Shown: in pieces, positions 53,033-62,872 of the stretch
Numbering within the stretch: position 1 is the first letter of the stretch
How the letters are laid out: the number at the start of each line of letters is the position of its first letter
Origin: Gammaproteobacteria bacterium
Lineage (GTDB): Bacteria > Pseudomonadota > Gammaproteobacteria > UBA4575
Direction of reading: 5' to 3'
Length of the DNA stretch: 64,000 bases
Assembly (NCBI GenBank): GCA_965222615.1
Contig: CBDCUI010000009.1
Coordinates: 992,001 to 1,056,000, forward strand
The notes under the pieces: generated by a model
Databases searched by the model: none
What the model saw: only the letters and a program-made list of their open reading frames with translations
Told to the model about the DNA's origin: nothing
Translations under genes and position numbers: made by a program

Positions 53033-53386
53033 CTATTTACAAACATATGATTTATATAATGCCTCTTCAATGATAGTAGATGCAGCAAAATCAAGATTTT
53101 TATTTATCGTTTTCACATGGTCTGCAACTACTTTGAGCACGTCATTTTTTGTCATTTCACCCATTACACAGATATGCTGTGCTTCAGATAAATGATCAAA
53201 TAACGCGCCCACATAACCGGCATATTCAGCAACTAAAATCAAATCAGCGTCTTTAGGAGAAGCCTGAGATTTTTCCCATTCTTTTGCTGCATCGAGTAAT
53301 TTATTACCATCGAAAAAATGATAAACCACTGCATTTACTGGTGCAGCTAAATACAATAATGCAATAATTACAGCTATTTTTTTCAT
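53033..53386 (-). CDS. Rap1a/Tai-like immunity family protein
   Basis: Signal peptide; GN.LL...GYV..L.D...IC......VV...AL...YVCK pattern. Confidence 0.6.
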   Translation of the reverse strand: MKKIAVIIALLYLAAPVNAVVYHFFDGNKLLDAAKEWEKSQASPKDADLILVAEYAGYVGALFDHLSEAQHICVMGEMTKNDVLKVVADHVKTINKNLDFAASTIIEEALYKSYVCK

Positions 53387-53781
53387 CTCATACTCCTATT
53401 TTTAAATTCAAATATATGTAGAAAATAATATATGGCTGTTACAGATAAAAATCAGTGAAGAACTATAGAGAAAATGAGCAGACATAGCAAAACCTACAGC
53501 GTATTGTGTAGGCTTTGCTTAACCCCCGAGTAGGAGGCTTATCTTTGTGGAAAAAAGACAGTATCGTAAATTTGTATATAAATAAAATTATTCTTATTTA
53601 TGCATTTAATTAGGGAGATATATATAAAAAGCTTAACGTTTATATATAGTATACCAACGTATAACACTTTACTTATTGCAATTTAATTTTAATCATGCTG
53701 TTAGTCTTTCTTATTAATGCGGCTTATTAAGAATTTGTGTGGCAATACCCAAACTTAAAGAGCCCTACTTAGAAAATAGTC

Positions 53782-54534
53782 GTGGATGTATTTTTTACAA
53801 ACCGTCTGGAAAAGCAATTAGCCGGAATAATTGATACTGCAAAAAATCCAATCACCTATGCCATTTTTTTGCACTGTTTTACCTGCAGCAAAGACCATCC
53901 AGCTAGCTATAGAATATGCAAAGCATTAGCAAATCAGGGAATACAAACTTTACGATTTGATTTTCTTGGCTTAGGCGAAAGTGCTGGCGATTTTTCGGAA
54001 ACAGATTTTTCAAGTAACATAGACGATATTAAAGCCGCGGTAAAATTTTTATCAGAAAATGGAACGACACCTAGGCTGCTAATAGGACATAGTCTGGGTG
54101 GAATCGCAGCCATTGCTGCAGCCTGTGAGCTTAGGGAAATCGATGCTGTTATTACCATTGCATCCCCAAGTCGTCCTGCTCATGTACTTGATCACTTCGA
54201 AGAACATATCCCAGAAATACTGAAGCGAGGATATGCAGATGTTATGGTATTTGACCAGCCATTTAAGTTAACAAAAAATTACATCAATGATTTAAAATCG
54301 TATGATAACCGTCACTTCACAAAAAAGATGAATAAACCAATTCTGATTTTTCATTCACCTTACGATGACATAGTTTCAATTGATGAAGCCGCAAAGATTT
54401 TTATTGAGGCAAAACACCCAAAAAGCTTTATATCATTAGATAAAGTCGACCATTTAATCACAAAGAAACGCGATGCTGAATATATTGCCGAACATATTGC
54501 TATTTGGATTAAACGCTATCTAAATCACCCATAA
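53782..54534 (+). CDS. Alpha/beta hydrolase (OsmC-fusion type, without the OsmC domain)
   Basis: HCFTCSKD, RFDF.GLG.S.G.F, GHSLGG, AKHPKSFISLD..DHL. Confidence 0.85.
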   Translation: MDVFFTNRLEKQLAGIIDTAKNPITYAIFLHCFTCSKDHPASYRICKALANQGIQTLRFDFLGLGESAGDFSETDFSSNIDDIKAAVKFLSENGTTPRLLIGHSLGGIAAIAAACELREIDAVITIASPSRPAHVLDHFEEHIPEILKRGYADVMVFDQPFKLTKNYINDLKSYDNRHFTKKMNKPILIFHSPYDDIVSIDEAAKIFIEAKHPKSFISLDKVDHLITKKRDAEYIAEHIAIWIKRYLNHP

Positions 54535-54642
54535 ATATTGGAACAAACTTATAAGTCCATACTCTAAATAGCTCTCATTGAATATGTGTTACTTCTGTTT
54601 AATAACTGTTATTTAATTAACCCCAACTATTAGGAATCTATA

Positions 54643-55332
54643 ATGCATACAGCCATCATAAGCCGACTATTTTTAGTGTCCATATTATCGTTAACTTCCA
54701 TTCAAGTAATCGCAAATGAAACTACTGCAGAAGCTATTGTCGATGCTGCTGCAACTTCAGTTGATACTTTTACAGTTGATCCAAATATGAAGTGGCTTAG
54801 AGATAATATGACTCAAGCCAAGGGCGTTTTTATTCTTCCACAATTAGTAAAAGGTGGGTTTATATTTGGAGGCTCTGGTGGCAGCGGCGTTCTGCTAGCA
54901 CGAGGCGAGGGTAATATATGGAGTGATCCCGCCTTTTATACGATGGGCTCTGGAACAATTGGGCTACAAATTGGTGTGGAAGTCTCGGAAATAATTTTGA
55001 TGATTATGACTGACAGAGGTATCGATGCCCTATTGACTTCATCTTTTAAACTTGGAGGTGATGTAAGTATTGCTGCTGGGCCAATAGGGGCAGGCGCAAA
55101 AGCACAAACTGCTGATATATTGGCTTTTTCTCGATCAAAGGGAATTTATGGTGGAATTAATATTGAAGGAGCGGTAATTAAGATTCGCGATGATTGGAAT
55201 CATGCATATTATGCTGGGGAAACAAGTCCTCGAGACATTCTGATTAAGCGATCTGCAACAAATCCACATGCCGATGATCTACGCAGCGCGGTAGCGAACC
55301 TTGCTGTAAAAAGTAGCGCCTCGACCAAATGA
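54643..55332 (+). CDS. Lipid-binding SYLF (Ysc84-like) domain protein
   Basis: KGGFIFGGSGGSGVL, GLQIG, SRSKGIYGG. Confidence 0.88.
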   Translation: MHTAIISRLFLVSILSLTSIQVIANETTAEAIVDAAATSVDTFTVDPNMKWLRDNMTQAKGVFILPQLVKGGFIFGGSGGSGVLLARGEGNIWSDPAFYTMGSGTIGLQIGVEVSEIILMIMTDRGIDALLTSSFKLGGDVSIAAGPIGAGAKAQTADILAFSRSKGIYGGINIEGAVIKIRDDWNHAYYAGETSPRDILIKRSATNPHADDLRSAVANLAVKSSASTK

Positions 55333-55457
55333 AATAGCACAAACAAAAAATATATCAGTTTTGGCTAATAAATTTAGCCTATATATTATTTGTTGAACAC
55401 CCATTCCTTACTAATTACTAAAAATGGGCTTGACTATTTATTTAGTTTTAACATATT

Positions 55458-55877
55458 TCAACGCAAGGTCTTTAATAAGCGTGCAAGTGCTTTAGGCGCA
55501 TTTAAATCATTATCTTTATGCCAATATCTTGCTGAGTTGTATCCAATTTCGACATGCCATTGCATACTTGGTTCTTCGGCTTTTTGCATGACAGTTTTTA
55601 CATTTTTCTTAGCTTCTTTTTTTGATAAATTCTGCCGTTCAAAATATTGATGTAGTACTGATATATTTTCTTCCTCAGGCACATTTAAGGATTCAGCGAA
55701 ATATACCATGGCTCCAAAAGCATACATTGTAATTACAACTTGATGTTCTGGAGCATAGTGGCGAATGGGTGACTTAGATTTACTTTCAATCATAAATTTT
55801 TGCAGCAGCCCTAGAACCTCATCGTAGTTATCAAATTGAGGTCTGCGCTTACCAATTATGGTTTCCAATACCGACAC
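55458..55877 (-). CDS. Hypothetical protein
   Basis: 139-aa ORF with GGAG RBS; no recognisable motif. Confidence 0.6.
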   Translation of the reverse strand: MSVLETIIGKRRPQFDNYDEVLGLLQKFMIESKSKSPIRHYAPEHQVVITMYAFGAMVYFAESLNVPEEENISVLHQYFERQNLSKKEAKKNVKTVMQKAEEPSMQWHVEIGYNSARYWHKDNDLNAPKALARLLKTLR

Positions 55878-56042
55878 AAATGCTCTCCCAGCAAATATAT
55901 TTACCCAATCAATTTAATAAAAACCATGGAATATCAATTGTTTGTATTTAGCCCAACAGGGTCAAGCTGGCCGTACTAGTTAGTAGCAAATAGCCGATAA
56001 AATAGGGAAAATTTTAAAATTAATATTTATTCGCCAGTAACT

Positions 56043-57161
56043 CTAGAATGCTAGTTTATAGCCGACAGTAAATATCCAATCCGTTTCCAATTGCGGTCCA
56101 TTTAAGTGTTGATAAATAGGTGCACCAAATTCAAAGGCAATACGGTGTCCTTTTACGCTATCTGACTGGCCCGCAAGGTTTACACCTAGCAATAGATCAA
56201 TTCGCTCACCACCTTGGTTATCTGGATCTGCGGTTTGTACTGGCGCGATGATATCCGGATTTTGCCCATCTATTTTATCGATAGTCTGCCCGGCGATTCT
56301 AAAAGAGCTACTTAACCAAGGTTTCCATAAATAACTCGCCCAAGCGGTAACTCGGTGTTCATCTCCTAAACTGTAATCTTCGTGGTTTTCATCTTCCAGA
56401 CGAATCACTCCACTGTATTGGACACCCCAGCCTTTACGGCCCAATTTACCGCTATAGGTCAAACCAGGGAGAAAATCAAATGTACCTGAACCAATTTGCA
56501 TTGGATACGGCAACCGTGGAGTTGGAGTCGCACCAGTTGGAGTTAGCACACTGTCCTTTTCAGTAATGGAGCCTGTTGGCAGGCTTATTCCAACATTGGC
56601 ATGAAAGCGATGCTTACCATCATCATATAAACGAAACATTCCGCTCAACTTTGTATCCCCAAACCCATCAGATTTTGTTGTAAACCCCCCGCGCACGATT
56701 GTACCCACTGGACCCATATAAGTAATATGATCCATTTCTTTTTCTATATAAGAACCCATTACCATCAACGTCAACCAATGTGTAGGAGCATACATCAATC
56801 CAAACATATGCATATCCATTGACATTTCAGTTGGCACGACACGCAAAGTGGGCGGCTGCATGGGCAATCCAAAAAAAGGATTGGCTACAGTTGTAGCAAT
56901 TTCATCTCGACTTAGATTACTACTACCATCTCGACTGCCTTTCATTTCCATTCGCATATAACGATAGGAAAACATCCACCCACCTTTATGATGCATATGG
57001 TCACCCATTACGCCAATTGGTGCATTTGCGTCTGCTCGCATCATTTCATGTTTACCAATATCAAAACCAATGGGATGTGTATGACCTCCATCGGCATGAG
57101 CAATTTCGATAAATATAATTAACAAGCAGGAAATAATTGAGATAATTCGGGAGAAATTCAT
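56043..57161 (-). CDS. His/Met-rich outer-membrane beta-barrel (MetA-pathway-like transporter family)
   Basis: RADANAPIGVMGDHMHHKG, MDMHM, LPYPMQIGSGT, C-terminal YKLAF; ATG 57161 has a GGAG RBS. Confidence 0.8.
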   Translation of the reverse strand: MNFSRIISIISCLLIIFIEIAHADGGHTHPIGFDIGKHEMMRADANAPIGVMGDHMHHKGGWMFSYRYMRMEMKGSRDGSSNLSRDEIATTVANPFFGLPMQPPTLRVVPTEMSMDMHMFGLMYAPTHWLTLMVMGSYIEKEMDHITYMGPVGTIVRGGFTTKSDGFGDTKLSGMFRLYDDGKHRFHANVGISLPTGSITEKDSVLTPTGATPTPRLPYPMQIGSGTFDFLPGLTYSGKLGRKGWGVQYSGVIRLEDENHEDYSLGDEHRVTAWASYLWKPWLSSSFRIAGQTIDKIDGQNPDIIAPVQTADPDNQGGERIDLLLGVNLAGQSDSVKGHRIAFEFGAPIYQHLNGPQLETDWIFTVGYKLAF

Positions 57162-57230
57162 TTGTCTGACTCCATTTGACAATTCTTATTTTCTCCCTTC
57201 ATTTTATGGTCTAAGCATGCTAATTGGCAT

Positions 57231-57245
57231 GCGGCATAGTGTCGC
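57231..57245. promoter_or_regulatory. RegA/RegR-type binding box
   Basis: GCGGC-ATAGT-GTCGC, exact GCGGC-N5-GTCGC; weaker copy GTGAT-ATTGT-GTCGC at 57351-57365. Confidence 0.7.
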
Positions 57246-57358
57246 ACCCCTATAGTTATATATATGATTACAGCATTGAAAATAAGGGCTTTTGAAAAGT
57301 CACATACTACTGACACTAGTAATGATTTATACTTAAATAAAAAGAAACTCGTGATATT

Positions 57359-58648
57359 GTGTCGCAAGCAATTAACAACTTCATGTCTACGCCTAATCAA
57401 CTGTTACATCCGGAACATCGAATTAATCTACGACTGTTAATTTGGTTACGTGTATTTGCAATTACAGGACAGTTTTCAGCAGTCTATTTAGCAAAAAATT
57501 TATTAGATATTTCACTGCAAACCAATATTTTATATGCCTGGATAGCAGTGTATGCATTTATAAATTTACTAACGCTGTTGCGTTTGTCTATAAAACATGA
57601 AATTTACCGGTGGGAATTCTTTGCACATTTATTAGTTGATATTTTTATACTTACAATTTTATTAAGATTTTCAGAAGGTGGAGCAAACCCATTTGTTTCT
57701 CTATATTTAATCCCTTTAACCATCTCTGCAATTACTCTACCCGCCGTATTTACTTGGCTACTGGCTGCGATCACCGTTGGTTGCTATAGCTTGTTAATGT
57801 GGGTAATCAACCCCATGAATGAACATAGTTTTCATGCCCACAATTTTGACATTCATGTTACGGGTATGTGGTTAGGCTTTGTGATAAGCGCCGTATTAGT
57901 TTCCTTTTTTGTGGTAAGAATGGGCCGCACCATTCAAATACAACAAAAGGAACTCACCAAACAAAAAACTCAGGCTCTGCAAAACGAACAGCTGGTAAGA
58001 CTTGGAACACTTGCTGCCAGTACAGCACATGAATTAGGCACGCCACTTGGTACGATGCAGCTTATAGTCGAAGAAATACAAGATGATGAAGCCAAGCAAG
58101 CTACCAAGGATCAACTAGCCATACTGAAAGATCAAATTAACCGATGCAAAGGTGCGCTTTCGATTTTATCTGCTTCAGTTGGTACAGCACCATTACAAAG
58201 TGGTGAACCGATGGACATTCAAAATTTTATAAATGAATTACTAGTAGACTGGCAACAATCAAGACCAAATATAAATATACAAACTTCGTGGAAAGGTGAA
58301 GCACCTGGCCCTAAAATTATTGCTGAACGCTCTTTAAAACAGGCAATTAAAAATATTCTAGATAATGCTGCAAACGCTTCTCCAGAATATGTATCGTGTG
58401 AGACGATTTTAGAATCACGAAACCTGACGATACGCGTATCGGACCATGGACCCGGAATTGAATTTGATGCACATGAAACAATTGGCAAGGAACCACTTAC
58501 AGACAAGGCCAAAGGGCTAGGTCTAGGTTTATTCTTGTCACATGGCATTATTGAACGTTTTGGTGGCAAGGTATCCTTAAAAAATGTAGCTGAAGGTGGG
58601 CTACAGACCACGATCTTATTACCGATCCACAAACTTGCAGTGGCATAA
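57359..58648 (+). CDS. regB: RegB/PrrB/RoxS-family sensor histidine kinase (start may be ATG 57383)
   Basis: LIWLR, GGANPF motif, AHELGTPL H-box, DHGPG, GLGLGL. Confidence 0.88.
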   Translation: MSQAINNFMSTPNQLLHPEHRINLRLLIWLRVFAITGQFSAVYLAKNLLDISLQTNILYAWIAVYAFINLLTLLRLSIKHEIYRWEFFAHLLVDIFILTILLRFSEGGANPFVSLYLIPLTISAITLPAVFTWLLAAITVGCYSLLMWVINPMNEHSFHAHNFDIHVTGMWLGFVISAVLVSFFVVRMGRTIQIQQKELTKQKTQALQNEQLVRLGTLAASTAHELGTPLGTMQLIVEEIQDDEAKQATKDQLAILKDQINRCKGALSILSASVGTAPLQSGEPMDIQNFINELLVDWQQSRPNINIQTSWKGEAPGPKIIAERSLKQAIKNILDNAANASPEYVSCETILESRNLTIRVSDHGPGIEFDAHETIGKEPLTDKAKGLGLGLFLSHGIIERFGGKVSLKNVAEGGLQTTILLPIHKLAVA

Positions 58649-58665
58649 ATCATTCCATACCAAAT

Positions 58666-59199
58666 ATGATGGATAATAATCTACTCATTGTTGAAGATGA
58701 TCAGGCATTCTCATCTGCATTAAGTAAAGCATTAGAAAAAAAAGGCTTTAACGTATTTAGCTCAAATACGATTGAAACAGCCATTCAAACCGCCCATGCC
58801 TGCTCTCCACAGTATGCCGTTGTTGATTTAAGACTGGGCAATGAATCAGGTCTACAAATAATACCGATCTTAAAGGAGCTAAACTCTAAAATTAAAATTA
58901 TTGTACTTACGGGGTATGCAAGCATTGCTACAGCAGTAGAGGCAATAAAACTTGGTGCCATTCAATATTTAACTAAACCTACTGGTAGTGATGAGATCTA
59001 CCAAGCATTTTTTAACCAAAACGAAATTTCTAACCAATGTGTGAAACCTAACCCCATGTCTTTAAAGCGTCTGGAATGGGAGCATATTCAGAAAGTCCTT
59101 AGCGAAAACAATGGAAATTTATCTGCTACTGCACGTGCACTGGGCATGCATCGAAGAACACTGCAAAGGAAACTCAGTAAACGACCCTCAAAAAATTAA
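58666..59199 (+). CDS. regA: RegA/PrrA/RoxR-family response regulator
   Basis: LTGYASIATAVEAIKLGA; EWEHIQ...N.SATARALGMHRRTLQRKL.KR. Confidence 0.93.
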   Translation: MMDNNLLIVEDDQAFSSALSKALEKKGFNVFSSNTIETAIQTAHACSPQYAVVDLRLGNESGLQIIPILKELNSKIKIIVLTGYASIATAVEAIKLGAIQYLTKPTGSDEIYQAFFNQNEISNQCVKPNPMSLKRLEWEHIQKVLSENNGNLSATARALGMHRRTLQRKLSKRPSKN

Positions 59200-59200
59200 T

Positions 59201-60484
59201 TCAATGTGTCTTCTTGCTGATTGGACTTGCATTGATATCAAGTCTAGTGATTAAACGTGCCCCTCGGTCACCTTTGAAATAAATCCAAAGCCAATTCATC
59301 GTAACAGCAATCCGATTACGAACTCCTATTAGAAAATAAATGTGCGCAATTCCCCACAGCCACCAAGCAGACCATCCCTTCAATGACATCCAGCCTAAAT
59401 CAAACACAGCCGCCCGCTTACCAATCGTAGCCAAATCACCAAAGTGCTTATACTTAAATGGCTGAGTAATCTCCACACCATTGAGGCGTGCTTTGATCAC
59501 TTTAGCAACATATGCACCTTGTTGTTTTGCAGCCGGAGCAACACCTGGTATTGGCTCACCTTTATCGTCAGTAACCAAAGCGGTGTCTCCGACTACAAAA
59601 ATTTCCGGGTAATTACTTACAGACAAATCTTTTTCTACAATCACACGATTTACATTATCTGCTTTTACATCCAACCATGTAGCAGCATTTGAAGCTTGCA
59701 CTCCCGCAGCCCATAATATAGTTCTAGATTTCAATAACTGGCCTCCAAACACTACACCCTGCTCATCACAGGCAGATACAGGTTTCCCAAGCACCACTTC
59801 TACACCTAATTTTTGCAAAGCATTCTGAGCATAGAGTGATAAATTTTTTTTAAACACTGGCAATATATAATCAGCGGCTTCAATTAATACCACACGAGTA
59901 TTCCGCACATCAAAATTACGAAACTCTCCTACCAAGGTAAAGTGAGCTAATTCTGCAATTGTGCCAGCTAACTCAACGCCTGTTGGACCAGCACCAATAA
60001 CCACAAATGTAAGTAGAGCCGCACGTTCTTCTGCATTTGGCTCACGCTCAGCTTTTTCAAATGCCAAAAGAATTTTCTGTCGTATACTGGTAGCGTCATC
60101 AAGCACTTTTAAACCTGGTGCATATTTAGCCCAATGATCATTACCAAAGTAAGCGTGTCGTGCACCAGTAGCTAGAACAAGCGTGTCGTAAGTAATCACG
60201 TCACCATTTTCAAGCATCACTTGCTTATTCTCTTTATTCACATCAACCACTTTAGCTAGCAGAGTTGTCACATCTGAACGCTTACGTGCAAGATAACGAA
60301 TCGGCCAAGCAATTTCCGAAGGTGCTAATAGTGCAGTAGCAGCTTGATAAAGTAACGGCTGAAATAAATGGTAATTCTGTTTGTCGATGAGAGTAATACG
60401 AACATTCGTGTTTTTTAGGCGCTGCACGACTTGAATACCACCAAAGCCCGCCCCAACAACAACTACATGGTGAAATTTAGACAT
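59201..60484 (-). CDS. ndh: Type II NADH dehydrogenase
   Basis: GAGFGG, HLFQPLLYQ, GAGPTGVELAG, WAAGV, PGVAPAAKQQG. Confidence 0.92.
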   Translation of the reverse strand: MSKFHHVVVVGAGFGGIQVVQRLKNTNVRITLIDKQNYHLFQPLLYQAATALLAPSEIAWPIRYLARKRSDVTTLLAKVVDVNKENKQVMLENGDVITYDTLVLATGARHAYFGNDHWAKYAPGLKVLDDATSIRQKILLAFEKAEREPNAEERAALLTFVVIGAGPTGVELAGTIAELAHFTLVGEFRNFDVRNTRVVLIEAADYILPVFKKNLSLYAQNALQKLGVEVVLGKPVSACDEQGVVFGGQLLKSRTILWAAGVQASNAATWLDVKADNVNRVIVEKDLSVSNYPEIFVVGDTALVTDDKGEPIPGVAPAAKQQGAYVAKVIKARLNGVEITQPFKYKHFGDLATIGKRAAVFDLGWMSLKGWSAWWLWGIAHIYFLIGVRNRIAVTMNWLWIYFKGDRGARLITRLDINASPISKKTH

Positions 60485-60706
60485 TTATTAACTAAAGGCT
60501 TTTTGTAATTAAATAAAATTGTTCAAGCGCAGAATTATATAATTAAAAAGTATGCCTTTAGCATGATCAATTTACGAGTAATAGCTAGTTATTTTTAATA
60601 TAGTGTGCCTTTGACACTATTTAATCTGCGTAAACATAAGTAGTGTCGCTTCGCGACTGCTTAACTTACGAATAATACCCATTCGCACGTGTCCCACACA
60701 CAAGGG

Positions 60707-60783
60707 TGGTGGCTATGATTGGACTTGAACCAATGACCCCAGCATTATGAATGCTGTGCTCTAACCAACTGAGCTACATAGCC
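60707..60783 (-). tRNA. tRNA-Met (elongator, anticodon CAT)
   Basis: GGCTATGTAGCTCAGTTGGTTAGAGC...TTCATAA...GGTTCAAGTCC...ATAGCCACCA, 77 nt with encoded CCA. Confidence 0.95.
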
Positions 60784-60847
60784 ACTATAGATTGGATCGC
60801 GGACGATACGATACGGACCTAAACCCTGTCAACTTGTCCAGTGATCA

Positions 60848-60982
60848 TAATCTAAAAACGTTAGCGAAGCAGCCAAGACAAGGCAAAAATGTCCGAACAA
60901 GCGGAGTTTACATATAAGTAAATGAGCACTGTAGGGACATTTTTAACGCAGTATTGGCAACGCAGCTAGTTTTTAGACGTTA
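60848..60982. repeat. ~135-bp palindromic MITE-like element sharing a core with 28580-28724 but with different ends
   Basis: Ends TCTAAAAAC/GTTTTTAGA; core AGGCAAAAA..CGGAGTTTAC..GTAAATGAG..TTTTTAACGC. Confidence 0.7.
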
Positions 60983-61102
60983 AAGCGAAAATGTACAACA
61001 AAAATTCATGTAGACCTCACCCACTAGACATTGAACCGAAAATGCACCACTAGGGATTCTTGTACTACCCACCTCTTACACATTAAATCTAAAGTGTACG
61101 AC
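60973..61102 (-). repeat. Three synonymous copies of the ychF terminal 27 bp separated by 24/25-bp linkers
   Basis: 61076-61102, 61024-61050 and 60973-60999 each translate to VVHFRFNV-stop. Confidence 0.93.
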
Positions 61103-62182
61103 ATCTCCTTCCTGCATCACATATTCTTTACCTTCAAGTCGCCATTTCCCTTGTTCTTTAGCCCCTGCTTCACCTTTAGCATCTATATAATCTTGGTAAC
61201 TTACTACTTCTGCTCGAATAAATCCCTTTTCAAAATCGGTGTGAATTTTTCCTGCCGCTTGAGGCGCTGTGGTCCCTTTGGAAATGGTCCAGGCCCTTGC
61301 TTCTTTAGGGCCCGCAGTGAAAAAGGTTTGTAGATTCAATAATTCATAACCCGCTTGTATTACTCTATTTAAACCTGGCTCATCTAGGCCTAGCTCATGT
61401 AAATATTCTTGTTTTTCTTCATCATTTAATTGTGCAAGTTCTGCTTCGATCTTTGCACATACTGGAATCACTTGAATCGATTTCTCCTGAGATGATTTTT
61501 TTTGAACAAACTCTTCGAGTTTTTTTAAATATGGGTTATTTTCAAATCCATCTTCAGTCACATTAGCTATATAGAACACGGGCTTTCGCGTGATAAGATG
61601 CAGATCTTTTAGAAGATGTTCTTGTTCTTTATCTATGTTAAAACTAACCGCCGGCTTTTCATTCTCTAAATGATTTTTTAGCTTAGTGTATACATCAAGT
61701 TGCGCAATAGCTTCTTTATTACCTGATTTCGCCACACGTTCTACTTTGCTAATAGCTTTTTCTATCGTTTCCAAATCCGCCAAGATCAATTCAGTATTAA
61801 TCGTTTCCAAATCTGACAAGGGATCAATCTTGCCATCCACATGAATAATGTTTTCATCGTCAAAGCATCTAACCACATGTGCAATTGCGTCAGTTTCACG
61901 CACATGACCTAAAAATTGATTACCAAGGCCTTCACCTTTTGATGCACCTGCAACTAAGCCTGCAATATCAACAAACTCGATCGTGGTAGGGATAACTTCT
62001 TTAGACTTGGCAATTTGAGCAAGTGTATCGAGTCGAGAATCCGGTACAGGAACAATGCCGATATTAGGATCGATTGTACAAAAAGGATAATTTTCTGCTG
62101 CAATTTCTGTCGCAGTCAAAGCATTAAATAATGTTGATTTTCCAACATTCGGTAGGCCCACTATTCCACATTTAAAACCCAT
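61076..62182 (-). CDS. ychF: Redox-regulated ATPase YchF
   Basis: [38 protein letters not shown]. Confidence 0.98.
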   Translation of the reverse strand: MGFKCGIVGLPNVGKSTLFNALTATEIAAENYPFCTIDPNIGIVPVPDSRLDTLAQIAKSKEVIPTTIEFVDIAGLVAGASKGEGLGNQFLGHVRETDAIAHVVRCFDDENIIHVDGKIDPLSDLETINTELILADLETIEKAISKVERVAKSGNKEAIAQLDVYTKLKNHLENEKPAVSFNIDKEQEHLLKDLHLITRKPVFYIANVTEDGFENNPYLKKLEEFVQKKSSQEKSIQVIPVCAKIEAELAQLNDEEKQEYLHELGLDEPGLNRVIQAGYELLNLQTFFTAGPKEARAWTISKGTTAPQAAGKIHTDFEKGFIRAEVVSYQDYIDAKGEAGAKEQGKWRLEGKEYVMQEGDVVHFRFNV

Positions 62183-62203
62183 CTGACGCAGGTATTATTT
62201 ACA

Positions 62204-62220
62204 GAAGCTCTGATTTGTTC
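62204..62220. repeat. Degenerate solitary IR of the MITE-like family
   Basis: GAAGCTCTGATTTGTTC matches the GGAAGCTCTGATTTAT end. Confidence 0.4.
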
Positions 62221-62249
62221 ATTATTGAATGCTTATAGTTTCTATCTAG

Positions 62250-62834
62250 CTAATTTCTTGTGTGTAACTTTTTCATAGCGGCCTCCATTTCACCTCGAAG
62301 TAATTCATCTACCACTGTCAGTGCATCATCGATTGCCCCATCAATTTCAGCTTTGTCTTGACTACTTGTTTTTTTCAGTACGTAGTTCACTACTTGGTTC
62401 TTATCACCCGGGTGCCCGACTCCAATCCGTATTCGCCAAAAGTCTTTATTTAAATGAGAAAATATGCTGCGCAAACCATTATGTCCACCATGCCCACCAG
62501 CCCATTTCAATTTAATCTCGCCACTGGGCAAATCAATTTCATCGTGTGCGATTAAGATTTCTTCAGTAGATATTTTATAAAAATCAGCAAACGGACGTAA
62601 CGACTCGCCACTTTCATTCATATAGGTATGCGGTTTCAATAACCAAATTTTTTCACCTTGATAAAAAAAGAAGGCAACTTCACCTTTGAATTTGGATTCG
62701 TATTTGAAAACAGCATTATTTTTTCTTGCGACTGCATCTACAAACCAAAACCCGGCATTATGCCGGGTTTGTAAATGCTTCTCGCCAGGATTGCCAAGTC
62801 CGACAATAAGACGTATACCTTTCTGATTAGACAC
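62250..62834 (-). CDS. pth: Peptidyl-tRNA hydrolase
   Basis: GLGNPG, TRHNAGF, YMNESG, GGHGGHNGL. Confidence 0.97.
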   Translation of the reverse strand: MSNQKGIRLIVGLGNPGEKHLQTRHNAGFWFVDAVARKNNAVFKYESKFKGEVAFFFYQGEKIWLLKPHTYMNESGESLRPFADFYKISTEEILIAHDEIDLPSGEIKLKWAGGHGGHNGLRSIFSHLNKDFWRIRIGVGHPGDKNQVVNYVLKKTSSQDKAEIDGAIDDALTVVDELLRGEMEAAMKKLHTRN

Positions 62835-62872
62835 GTATCTTAAACACGTTTACTTGCCTATTGTTAGAAGTG

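Noticed and set aside
44378-60783. Genomic island integrated at tRNA-Met
   Set aside because: No integrase, and no duplicated tRNA 3' end seen by eye; the cargo looks like gradually accumulated accessory genes.
60973-61102. Mini-CRISPR array interpretation of the 27-bp repeats with 24-25 bp spacers
   Set aside because: The repeats vary only at synonymous positions and one is the ychF coding end; the spacers resemble each other; there are no cas genes in the window.
61031-61333. 100-aa + strand ORF across the ychF end
   Set aside because: Antisense shadow of ychF with a TTG start and no recognisable motif.
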